From positions 544,001 to 608,000 of the forward strand of contig CBDBCF010000001.1 of NCBI GenBank assembly GCA_965202985.1: 64,000 nt of DNA, in the 5' to 3' direction. Positions 1-8,787 of this stretch are shown in pieces (the first letter of the stretch is position 1; each line of letters starts with the position of its first letter). The stretch is from Longimicrobiales bacterium (GTDB taxonomy: Bacteria > Gemmatimonadota > Gemmatimonadetes > Longimicrobiales > Gaopeijiaceae). The notes under the pieces were generated by a model that saw nothing but the letters and a program-made list of their open reading frames with translations, searched no databases and was not told where the DNA came from. The translations under genes were made by a program, and so were the position numbers.

Positions 1-2259
1 TTCGAGTACGTGGTGCAGGCGGGCGACGTGGACGCCGACGGGCTGAGCATCGCCGCGAACGCATTGGAGCTGAACGGCGGCTCGTTCACGGCGCCGGGCG
101 ACACGACGCCGGCCGTCCTGACGCACGACTCGCTGCCGACGAGCGCGGCGCACAAGGTGGACGGGCGCCGGGCGTCCGGCGACGCCGAGCCGGAGGAGAA
201 TCGGCCGCCGGAAGTCGTGTCGGCGATCGCGCCCATGACGATCGAGGTGGCAAGCCCGGCGGCGGTCGTCGACCTGTCGGCGCACTTCCGCGACCCGGAC
301 GGCGACGAACTCGGCTACTCCGCCGTCTCGGCAGCGCCGCGCTCGGTGCGGGCGGACGTGACGGGCGGCACCTTGACGGTCGCGCCGCTGGCGGTGGGCG
401 AGTCGCTGGTGACGGTGCGGGCGGCGGACCCCGACGGTGCGGAGGCGGAGCAGAGCTTCATGGTGACGGTCGAGGCGTCGCGTGCGGACCGCGCCCGGAT
501 CATGAAGCGTTCGCTGGCCGCGTTCGGCCGTGCCGTCGGGACCGAGACGGTGGAAGCGATCGGCGGGCGGCTGGGCGCGGCGGACGACGGTCCCGGCGCA
601 GCGGCGGGCGAGGCGCATCTCCAAGTCGGCGGCCGGTTGCTGTCGTGCGTGGGCGCCGGCGAACGCTGCGGCTTGGGGGAGCTGGCCCGACAGGCCGCCG
701 ACGTGCTCGGCTTGCGAGCGTCGCAGGGCGCGGGCAGCCTGGCGTCGGCGCTGTGGGCGGCCGCGAAGGGGAGCCACGACGCGGGCGCGCTGCGCGGGCT
801 GGCCGGCGCCTTCGGACGACCAGGCGAGACCGGCGCAACGGCCGTCTTCGGCACGTCTGGCAGCTTCGGCCCGACGGCGAACCTCGGTCCAACGGCGCAC
901 CTCGGCTCGGCGGCCGGCTACGGCGTCGGCGGCTTCGGCGCAACGGCCGACGGGGCGGCTGCCCCCGACGCCCGCTTTGCCGGCCCGCGCGGCGGCCGCG
1001 CCGGCTGGGGGCGGCTGGTCAGCGTGGACCCCGTGTCGCGCGAGGAGTTGCTGGCGCGTTCGTCGTTCCGGTTCTCGCCGGGCACCGGCCGGCGGGCGAC
1101 GCCCGGCGGCTGGACGTTCTGGGGCCAAGCCAACGCCGGCGGATTCAAGGGCCGGCCCGAAGACGACCTCGCGCTCGACGGCACGGTCCGCTCGGCATAC
1201 CTGGGCGCCGACTACCGGTTCGGAACGGGGCCGCTGGTCGGCTTGGCGCTGTCGCGCACGACCAGCTCGATCGGCTTCGAGAGCGGGGTCAACGGCACGG
1301 GCGCCGTGGACGCCCGCCTGACCAGCTTGTACCCGTACGCGCAGTGGTCGCCGCGCGCCGGGTTGAGCCTGTGGGGGCTGGTCGGCGCGGGCCGCGGCAC
1401 GGCCGAGCTGTCGGAGGACGCGACGGGCCGCGACTTCGCGACGAACATCGGGATGGCGATGACGGCGGCGGGCGCGCGCCAGCGGCTGACGGGCGTGCTG
1501 GCCGTCAAGGCGGACGCCTTCGCGGTGCGCACCGACGCCGAGGAGGCTCGCGGGTTGGCGGGCGTCGTGGCCAACATCCAGCGGTTGCGCTTGGCGTCGG
1601 AGGTCGGGGGCCGTTGGGGCTTGTCGGGCGGCACGGCGTTCACCTCGCGGATCGAGCTGGGCGCTCGGTTCGACGGCGGCGACGCGGAGACGGGGGCGGG
1701 CGCGGAGGCGGGCGGGGGGATCGGCTACGTGCACGAGGGCATCGGGTTGAGCGTGGACGCGCGCGGTCGGGCGCTGGTGGCGCATCAGGCGTCGTCGTTG
1801 CGGGAGTGGGGCGCGAGCGTCGCGGTCCGTCTGCAGCCGAGTCGCGAAGCGGGCGGCTTGTCGTTCGCCATCGAGCCGACCTGGGGCAACGCGGCAAGCG
1901 GCATGGCGATGCTGTGGCGCGACGGGCCGGCGGGCGGCACGGGCGCGGGCGGCGCGGCCCTGGGCACCTCGTCCGCGTGGCAAGCCGGGGGCGGGCCGCT
2001 TGCGGGCGGGCGCGCAAGCTCGAGCGCGGACCGTCTCCGGATGGAGATGGACTACGCGATCGTGTTGCCGGACGGGGGCCGCGTGGCGCCGTTTGGGCGG
2101 TGGACGGCCGAGAGTGGTTCGGCGCGCTGGCTGAATGTGGGAGTTCGGCTGTCCGTGCTGGAAGCGGCGACGCTCGACCTGTTCGGCGAGCAGGTGTCGG
2201 GCGGCGCCCAGCCCGCCGATCGCCGGCTCGGCCTGCAGGGAGCCGTTCGGTTCAGGTGA
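1..2259 (+). CDS. Autotransporter-like surface protein, 5' truncated (cadherin/Ig-like domain + C-terminal outer-membrane beta-barrel)
   Basis: Frame open from window edge; NRPP...DLSAHFRDPDGDEL cadherin-like module; amphipathic beta-strands (WTFWGQ, YLGADYRF, LYPYAQW) ending in terminal F. Confidence 0.75.
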   Translation, partial: FEYVVQAGDVDADGLSIAANALELNGGSFTAPGDTTPAVLTHDSLPTSAAHKVDGRRASGDAEPEENRPPEVVSAIAPMTIEVASPAAVVDLSAHFRDPDGDELGYSAVSAAPRSVRADVTGGTLTVAPLAVGESLVTVRAADPDGAEAEQSFMVTVEASRADRARIMKRSLAAFGRAVGTETVEAIGGRLGAADDGPGAAAGEAHLQVGGRLLSCVGAGERCGLGELARQAADVLGLRASQGAGSLASALWAAAKGSHDAGALRGLAGAFGRPGETGATAVFGTSGSFGPTANLGPTAHLGSAAGYGVGGFGATADGAAAPDARFAGPRGGRAGWGRLVSVDPVSREELLARSSFRFSPGTGRRATPGGWTFWGQANAGGFKGRPEDDLALDGTVRSAYLGADYRFGTGPLVGLALSRTTSSIGFESGVNGTGAVDARLTSLYPYAQWSPRAGLSLWGLVGAGRGTAELSEDATGRDFATNIGMAMTAAGARQRLTGVLAVKADAFAVRTDAEEARGLAGVVANIQRLRLASEVGGRWGLSGGTAFTSRIELGARFDGGDAETGAGAEAGGGIGYVHEGIGLSVDARGRALVAHQASSLREWGASVAVRLQPSREAGGLSFAIEPTWGNAASGMAMLWRDGPAGGTGAGGAALGTSSAWQAGGGPLAGGRASSSADRLRMEMDYAIVLPDGGRVAPFGRWTAESGSARWLNVGVRLSVLEAATLDLFGEQVSGGAQPADRRLGLQGAVRFR

Positions 2260-2299
2260 CCGTCTACCCTTTCCGTTGCGCACCGCCAGTCTCCGGTCG

Positions 2300-2848
2300 C
2301 TACTCCACCCCCGCCACTGTGCTCCGGCACTCCAGCAGTATCGTGTCTCGCCAGCGGCCGTCGTGAAATCGCCCGATCCGCTCGCGTGTGCCCACCACGC
2401 GGAAGCCTGCCCGCTTGTGCGCTCGAACGGACGCCACGTTTTCGGGGAACACGCTGGCTTGGAGGGTCCAGACGCCCGCTTCGTCGGCGGCGCGGGTCAG
2501 CGCCAGCAGGAGTCGCCCGCCTAGCCCTTGACCGCGCGCGTCCTGTGCCACGTAGACCATGACCTCGCACACGCCGGCGTACACGGGCCGGGCGGAGACG
2601 GCGCCGATGCACGCGAACCCAACCACGCGCCCGTTCGCTTCCGCCACGATCCGGCAGTCCGGCCGACGGGCAGCATCCCATTCGTCCCAACCGGGGACCC
2701 GAGTCTCGAAGGTGGCGTCGCCGCTGTCGATCCCCTGTCGATATATCGCGGCCACGGCCGGCCAGTCGCTTGGCGCCATGGGGCGCAGCGCGGCTGGGAG
2801 CGCGTCGCGGCGTCGGCCGCCGGTATGCGCGCGGCCTAGCTGCGTCAT
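2300..2848 (-). CDS. GNAT N-acetyltransferase (phosphinothricin acetyltransferase/YncA-like)
   Basis: IYRQGIDSGDATFET, VYVAQDARGQGLG (motif A), FPENVASVRAHKRAGF; start MTQ overlaps upstream gene stop. Confidence 0.85.
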   Translation of the reverse strand: MTQLGRAHTGGRRRDALPAALRPMAPSDWPAVAAIYRQGIDSGDATFETRVPGWDEWDAARRPDCRIVAEANGRVVGFACIGAVSARPVYAGVCEVMVYVAQDARGQGLGGRLLLALTRAADEAGVWTLQASVFPENVASVRAHKRAGFRVVGTRERIGRFHDGRWRDTILLECRSTVAGVE

Positions 2849-3726
2849 CCGCCCTCGGCAGCGCCGTCCTTGAACGACCCCGTGCGCAGGAACCGGACCA
2901 CTGCGTCGGCGGCGTGGCGGCTGTTCATGATGAAGGTGTGCGAGCGAGGCAATACGATCATGGGCACATCCGCCAGCCTGGCGCGCTCGACGGCGACGAT
3001 GCCGTCGTCGGGACCCTCGATGACCACCGACCCCACCGGGTTCAAGCTGCGGTTGCCCATGATCACGCCTACCTCGAAAGCGGGGGGCGGCAACATGGCG
3101 GGAAGGTCCTCCATCCCGGTGCCCAGGGCTCGCCCCGAGGGCCCAAGGGCGTCCGACGCAAGGGGGATCTCCCGCAGCCGCTCTGCCAGTTCGCTGCCTT
3201 GGTTGGGCGGCGAAAGGAGGACGACGCGACCCAGCGAATCGGGGGGCGAGGCCGCCAAGTAGCTGCGCACCACGATGCCGCCCAGAGAATGGCCGACGAA
3301 GTGAACGCGACGCGCCTCCAAGCAACAGCTTTCCACCTCTGCGCGCACGCTCGCCACATGCTCGGACACGGACGCCGAAAGCGACTCGTAGCCGACGACG
3401 GCGACCTCGTATCCGGCCCAACGAAGGCGCTGCGCAAGAACGGCCATGGAGTGCTCGGTGCGCCCAAGCCCATGGACGAGCACCACGAATTCGGGCGCTT
3501 CCTGCGCATCGGGCGGCGGGGCGGCCTCGGGACTGCACGCCAGCGCGGCGCAAAGAAGGCTCCAGCGCCGGACACGACTCCGAGAGACGCGCACACGCCT
3601 CCACCAGCGGGGCGCACGGCTCCGAGACGAGGACGCACGGCACCAAGGCCGGAGTGCACGCTTCGGGGACTGGGACGCACGGCACCGACCGCGGAGCGTG
3701 CCTGTCAATGGTCGAAACGGCTTCAT
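2845..3726 (-). CDS. Alpha/beta hydrolase (lipase/esterase), probable lipoprotein
   Basis: VVLVHGLGR oxyanion motif, GHSLGG nucleophile elbow, DDGIV and HTFIM; lipobox-like LAC; start uncertain. Confidence 0.85.
   Translation of the reverse strand: MKPFRPLTGTLRGRCRASQSPKRALRPWCRASSSRSRAPRWWRRVRVSRSRVRRWSLLCAALACSPEAAPPPDAQEAPEFVVLVHGLGRTEHSMAVLAQRLRWAGYEVAVVGYESLSASVSEHVASVRAEVESCCLEARRVHFVGHSLGGIVVRSYLAASPPDSLGRVVLLSPPNQGSELAERLREIPLASDALGPSGRALGTGMEDLPAMLPPPAFEVGVIMGNRSLNPVGSVVIEGPDDGIVAVERARLADVPMIVLPRSHTFIMNSRHAADAVVRFLRTGSFKDGAAEGG
3572..3697. repeat. Six degenerate 21-bp tandem units (RCACG...)
   Basis: Units at 3572, 3593, 3614, 3635, 3656, 3677 all begin acacg/gcacg. Confidence 0.7.
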
Positions 3727-3843
3727 TGCTCCAATATACGTATCCGGCGTGGTCTGGTTCCGGCGGCACGGGTCCGCTTGCTCATACAAGCGCCACTGGG
3801 CTACGATGGGCGTGTGCGGGGTCAACCATTAGCATAGGGAACG

Positions 3844-6800
3844 ATGCACGAAGCGACGCGAGGACCGAGTACGCGAGGGACAAGAACGCCGGGACGAGTG
3901 AGGCGGAAGACGAGCCGGGCGTTGGCGGGGATCATTGTTGCCGTGATTGCGGCGGCCTGTGAAGGGTCGGTCGAACCCGAACCTCCGCGCGCCGCATCGA
4001 TCGCTGTCTCGCCGGCATCGGCTGGGCTGGCGTTCCTGGGAGACACGGCCGTCTTCGTCGCAGTCGTGAGAGATCAGTACGGCGCCGAGTTCAGCGCCTC
4101 GCCGAGCTGGTCCAGCAGCGACCCGACCGTGTTCACGATCAGCGGCGCGGGCGTTGCGACGGCCGTGGGAAACGGCACCGGCGTGGTGACCGCATCGCTC
4201 CTGGACCTGAGCGCCACGGCCACGGTCGAGGTGGCGCAGCAAGCGGCGTCGGTCGAAGTCGTCTCCGGCGGCGACCAGAGCGCCAGGCAGGGCCGAGCGC
4301 TGGGCGATTCCATAGTCGTGCGGGTCGTCGACGCGGGCGGCGCGGGAGTGTCGGGCGTGCGTGTCTCGTTCACGCCTGCGGAGGGGGACGGAAGCGTGGC
4401 GCCGGGCTCGGCGACCAGCGATTCGGCGGGGCTGGCGGCAACGGCCTGGACGCTGGGCGACTATCCGGGCGAGCAGCGATTGGCGGTGGCGGTGACCGCC
4501 CCGGGCGGCCCGTCGGTGGACATCTCGGCGACGGCGCTTACGCCGGAAGAGACGGTGGCGTCGCTCGAAGTTGCGTCGGGAGGCGAGCAGCGCGTTCGGC
4601 GCGGGCGTGCGCTGGGCGATTCCATAGTCGTACGGGCCACGGACGCGGAAGGCGAAGTCGTCGAGGGCGCAGTGATCGTGTTTGCGCCCGCAGAGGGGAA
4701 CGGGTCGACCTCGCCCGACTCGGTGACCAGCGATTCGGCGGGGTTGGCAGCGACGTTGTGGACGCTAGGCGACCCCCTGGGCGAGCAGCGGCTGGCGGCA
4801 TCGGCAGCCACGGTCGGCAGCCCGACGGTGGAGGTCTCGGCGACGGCGCTCACGCCGGAAGAGACGGTGGCGTCGCTTGCAGTCGTTGCGGGGGACGAGC
4901 AACGCGGTCGGCGGGCGCGCGCGCTGGGAGATTCCATAGTCGTACGGGCCACGGATGCGGAAGGCGAAGTCGTCGAGGGCGCAGTGATCGTGTTTGCGCC
5001 TGCCGACGGGAACGGGACGGTCGCGCCCGACTCGGTGACCAGCGACTCCGCCGGGCTGGCGGCAACGGCCTGGACATTGGGCGACGAACTGGGCGCGCAA
5101 CAACTGGCGGCGTCGGTGGCCACAGCCGGCGGCCCGACGGTGGACATCTCGGCCACGGCGGTCACGCCGGAAGAGGCGGTCGCGTCGCTCGAAGTCGCGT
5201 CGGGGGGCGAACAGCGCGGTCGGCGCGGGCGCGCGCTGGGCGATTCCATAGTCGTGCGGGCCACGGACGCAGAGGGCGAAGCCGTCAAAGGAGCCGTGAT
5301 CGTCTTCGTGCCCCCGGAGGGAAACGGTACGGTCGCGCCCGATTCGGTGGTCAGCGACTCCGCTGGGCTGGCGGCAACGGCCTGGACGCTGGGCGACCGC
5401 CTGGGCCAGCAGCGCTTGACGGCGTCGGCAGCCACGCCCGGCGGCCCGACGGTGGACGTCTCGGCCACGGCGGTCACGCCGGAAGAGGCGGTCGCGTCGC
5501 TTGAAGTCTTGTCGGGAAGCGGGCAACAGGCAGTGCAAGGCAGCACGCTGGGCGATTCCATAGTCGTCAAGGCCACAGACGCGGAGGGCGAAGCCGTCGA
5601 GGGCGCCGTGATCGTCTTCGCGCCTGCCGACGGACACGGCGTCGCATACCCGGACTCGGCAGCCACCGACCCCACCGGAACCGCCCGGACAGCTTGGACG
5701 CTGGGCGACCGGCCCGGCGACCAGAACCTAGTGGTCACCGTCGCCGTTGCAGGCGGTCCCTCCGTGCAAGCCACGGCCACCGCCACGCGTCGCGACAACC
5801 GTCCGCCGGAAGTGGCCGAGTCGCTCCCGCTGCACATCCTGACCGCCGGCGGGCGACAACTGAGGCTGGACGGTTCCGATCACTTCTACGATGTAGACGG
5901 CGACCCCATCTCCTATTCCGCGGCATCGAGTCAACCCGCCGTCGTGGACGTGTCCGTGGGAAGCTTCGGCGTCATCACGCTGACCACCGGATCGCCTGGG
6001 ATCACCGACATCGCGTTGGTCGCGACCGACCCCAGCGGCGCCGTCGGGCACCTGTACTTCTCGGCGATCGTGTTGCAGGTACCGGGCAGCGCCACCTTCG
6101 ACATCGATCTCGTTTGGCTGTCTCCCGGTTCCAGGCGTCAGAACCAAGCGCTTCGCAGCGCGGCCGCGCGCTGGCAACAGGTTGTGACAGCGGACATTCC
6201 GAACGTCCAGTTCTCGGGCCAGGAATACAACTGGTGCGGCTTGCAATTCCGCATCTACGCGGAACTCGACGACCTCGCGGTGTTTACCGTCATCAGAAAC
6301 ATCGACGGCGCCGGCGGCACGCTGGGACTGGCGGGACCGTGCGTAGTCCGCTCAGAAGGGTTGTTGCCTATGTTCGCCACCGTCGTATTCGATTCGTCCG
6401 ACCTGGACCGCTTCGACGACGTGGGCCTCTCGGACTTGGCACTTCACGAGCTGGGTCACACCCTTGGAATCGGCACGCTGTGGGGCAACTTCGGCCTATT
6501 GCAAGACCCGTCCGTGCCCGACAACGCCGGCGCCGACACGCACTTCACGGGCCCGAGCGCCGTTGCGGCCTTCAACGACGCCGGCGGCCTCGGCCACTCC
6601 GGCGGAAAGGTTCCCGTGGAGAACAAAGGAGTGCAGGGCTCCAGCGATTCCCATTGGCGCGATTCGGTCTTCGGCAACGAGCTGATGAACCCGTACTACC
6701 AATCCGAGAAGAGTCCGCTCAGCGCCATCACGATCCAGTCGCTGGCCGACATGGGCTATGCGGTAGACGTCGCCCAGGCCGACCCGTACACGCTGCCCGC

Positions 6801-6924
6801 CTTTGGCTTGCGGGAGAAAGGTGTGCCGCCCACCGGCGCCGTGTCGTACGGGGCCGACGCATATCGCGGGCCGCTGGCCGTGGTCGGCAGGAACGGCAGA
6901 CTGGTCCGCGTGCTGCAGAGGTGA
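3844..6924 (+). CDS. Lipoprotein with Ig-like repeats and C-terminal leishmanolysin-like (M8) zinc metalloprotease
   Basis: Lipobox AAAC; Big_2-like domain; five 104-aa Big_1-like repeats; HELGH zinc motif, SHW third ligand, ELM Met-turn. Confidence 0.85.
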   Translation: MHEATRGPSTRGTRTPGRVRRKTSRALAGIIVAVIAAACEGSVEPEPPRAASIAVSPASAGLAFLGDTAVFVAVVRDQYGAEFSASPSWSSSDPTVFTISGAGVATAVGNGTGVVTASLLDLSATATVEVAQQAASVEVVSGGDQSARQGRALGDSIVVRVVDAGGAGVSGVRVSFTPAEGDGSVAPGSATSDSAGLAATAWTLGDYPGEQRLAVAVTAPGGPSVDISATALTPEETVASLEVASGGEQRVRRGRALGDSIVVRATDAEGEVVEGAVIVFAPAEGNGSTSPDSVTSDSAGLAATLWTLGDPLGEQRLAASAATVGSPTVEVSATALTPEETVASLAVVAGDEQRGRRARALGDSIVVRATDAEGEVVEGAVIVFAPADGNGTVAPDSVTSDSAGLAATAWTLGDELGAQQLAASVATAGGPTVDISATAVTPEEAVASLEVASGGEQRGRRGRALGDSIVVRATDAEGEAVKGAVIVFVPPEGNGTVAPDSVVSDSAGLAATAWTLGDRLGQQRLTASAATPGGPTVDVSATAVTPEEAVASLEVLSGSGQQAVQGSTLGDSIVVKATDAEGEAVEGAVIVFAPADGHGVAYPDSAATDPTGTARTAWTLGDRPGDQNLVVTVAVAGGPSVQATATATRRDNRPPEVAESLPLHILTAGGRQLRLDGSDHFYDVDGDPISYSAASSQPAVVDVSVGSFGVITLTTGSPGITDIALVATDPSGAVGHLYFSAIVLQVPGSATFDIDLVWLSPGSRRQNQALRSAAARWQQVVTADIPNVQFSGQEYNWCGLQFRIYAELDDLAVFTVIRNIDGAGGTLGLAGPCVVRSEGLLPMFATVVFDSSDLDRFDDVGLSDLALHELGHTLGIGTLWGNFGLLQDPSVPDNAGADTHFTGPSAVAAFNDAGGLGHSGGKVPVENKGVQGSSDSHWRDSVFGNELMNPYYQSEKSPLSAITIQSLADMGYAVDVAQADPYTLPAFGLREKGVPPTGAVSYGADAYRGPLAVVGRNGRLVRVLQR
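4244..5790 (+). repeat. Five intragenic 312-bp repeats (Ig-like domains)
   Basis: gattccatagtcgt recurs at 4306, 4618, 4930, 5242, 5554 (exact 312-bp period). Confidence 0.95.
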
Positions 6925-6931
6925 TTTCGCG

Positions 6932-8212
6932 CTAGGGCGTTCGTTCGAAGAACAACCCGTCGGGCAAGAAGGCGCTTCCCACCGTCTCCCGGTCGGCGGC
7001 CGCAACGCCTGCGCGGCGCATCGCCTCTTCCCATTGCGATCGCACGGTCCGGACCACGTTGCCGAAGATCGCCTCCGCGTCTTCGCGGCCCAACAGAAAG
7101 CGCCCGGCGCCGGCCATCAAGTTGTCCTTCCTGGCCCGTCGCCCTTGCGGACCGCATATCATGCACAGGTCCCGCTCCTGCGCGTGCGTTGGGCTGGGCG
7201 TGAGGTCGTACGCCGGAGCCAAGCGCCACGCGCGGCCGCGTGCCAGAACCGCGTGGTTGCGCGGATGGTCGTCGTCGTTGGAGACGGCGGCGTTGAAGCA
7301 CATCCGCGTGAAGAGTTGGCGCAGGTCGTCCGTCGGCCGAGCGCTGGTGCGCCGCACTTCGTCGGCCAACGCCAAGTAGGACCAGCGCTCGCGGCCCGTC
7401 GGCGAATCGTCAGTGCGCAATAGGGTCAGCGCGCTGGCCATCCGATGCCGAAGCCAACCCGCGCCGTCGTCGGAACGCTCGCGGTCGAAGCGGCGGACCA
7501 AGAGCACGTCCCGGTCCCCGGCGCGTTCGATCCGGCTTCGGGCCGCGCCGATGCCGCACTCCTGGGCCAGCATCAGCAGGGCGTGCTCCACACGGGGCTC
7601 GTTCCATCGGTCCTGGGGCCGACTGAACTTGGCCAGCCAGAGCGCGTCCGCGTCCTCCACGACCGCTTTGGGCCTTGCGCCGCCCATGGACGTGCCCTCG
7701 TCGAAGATCGCCTGGACGGCTTCGTCGACCGCCCCGTCCCCGGTCGGCTTGGCGACCCTCCCGGATGCCGCTGCCTCCGCGGCAGCCTGCAGATCGGCCA
7801 ACTGCACCGTTCCCGGAAACAGGAGGCGCGGAGTCGGCGGGTCCGTCGTGGCGCTGAACCCGAGAGCGCCGGCGCGGTCGTCGGGTCCCTCCGTCAGGTA
7901 GTCGAACTCCGCAAGCGGCGCCCTGCCCAGCCGGCGCTCGATCAGGAATCGCCCCCAGTAGTCCGGCATGGCGTCCCGTAGCGCCCCGAACAACCCCGCC
8001 ATCCGGCCCGTCCGGTAAACGCGGTCCGCGAGCCGAAGCTCCACCGGGTCGAACTCCAACGCCTCCGGGCGCTCCAAGTAGCTCCGGCCGTACACGAACT
8101 CGCCCGCGGCCGCCCCCGCCGGGCCGTGTCGCAGGCGGAACCGCCCGGCGGTCGTGAACTCCACGTCACCCGGCAGCACGATGCAGACGTAGCAACTCCG
8201 GTCAGAAGTCAT
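6932..8212 (-). CDS. HipA-family Ser/Thr kinase toxin
   Basis: DAMPDYWGR (HipA_N-like), GTSMGGARPK, DDHPRNH, LAPAYD. Confidence 0.9.
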   Translation of the reverse strand: MTSDRSCYVCIVLPGDVEFTTAGRFRLRHGPAGAAAGEFVYGRSYLERPEALEFDPVELRLADRVYRTGRMAGLFGALRDAMPDYWGRFLIERRLGRAPLAEFDYLTEGPDDRAGALGFSATTDPPTPRLLFPGTVQLADLQAAAEAAASGRVAKPTGDGAVDEAVQAIFDEGTSMGGARPKAVVEDADALWLAKFSRPQDRWNEPRVEHALLMLAQECGIGAARSRIERAGDRDVLLVRRFDRERSDDGAGWLRHRMASALTLLRTDDSPTGRERWSYLALADEVRRTSARPTDDLRQLFTRMCFNAAVSNDDDHPRNHAVLARGRAWRLAPAYDLTPSPTHAQERDLCMICGPQGRRARKDNLMAGAGRFLLGREDAEAIFGNVVRTVRSQWEEAMRRAGVAAADRETVGSAFLPDGLFFERTP

Positions 8213-8543
8213 TGTCCAACGCCCGGCTCCGGCGCGCGCGGCGAGGCAGCGCCGCCCGCTCCAGCGCCTGACCTTCTTGGTCGCGCTCCGGGGCCGCCAC
8301 GTCCTTCGCCTGTTCCAGCAGGCCTACCGCCCACAGCGCCGCGAAGTAGGCGGCGGCCGAGGTGCCGGGCTTGCCGTGCTCCACGTCGGCCACGGTGTAG
8401 CGGGAGACGCCCATGCGCTCGGCCAAGTCCTCCATCCGCAGGCGGCGGCGAAGGCGGGCCGTGCGGATGTTGCCGCCCAGAGTCCGAAGGGCGTCCTCGA
8501 CGGCGGCCGGCGGGTTGGTCGTCAACGGCGTTCGCGTCGGCAT
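8202..8543 (-). CDS. XRE-family HTH antitoxin
   Basis: LGGNIRTARLRRRLRMEDLAERMGVSRYTVADVEHG; overlaps HipA start. Confidence 0.85.
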   Translation of the reverse strand: MPTRTPLTTNPPAAVEDALRTLGGNIRTARLRRRLRMEDLAERMGVSRYTVADVEHGKPGTSAAAYFAALWAVGLLEQAKDVAAPERDQEGQALERAALPRRARRSRALDNDF

Positions 8544-8787
8544 GTTGGTTTTACTCCACAGAAACAAGGTTTACGATGCTTTATGATAACACATAGTGTA
8601 GATGCAACGACTTCGCGCTGCCGGCCCGTCCACCGGCCCTCCCGGACGGCCGCGCAAGTTCGTCTTGGGTCCGCGCGCCGGACTTGAAGGCGCTCCGCTA
8701 TGCCCCGAGCAACTTGCCCATCCGTCGCCGCGAGCCGATGATGACGCCGTTTCTGCCTAGCCACCCTGCACGCCCAAGGACCCGCCC

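Noticed and set aside
2849..3769. N-terminal extension of the GNAT ORF with Cys every 7 residues
   Set aside because: By-product of the 21-bp repeat read in another frame; overlaps the hydrolase gene
4244..5790. Regular repeats as CRISPR or mobile element
   Set aside because: In-frame protein domain repeats with no spacers and no cas genes
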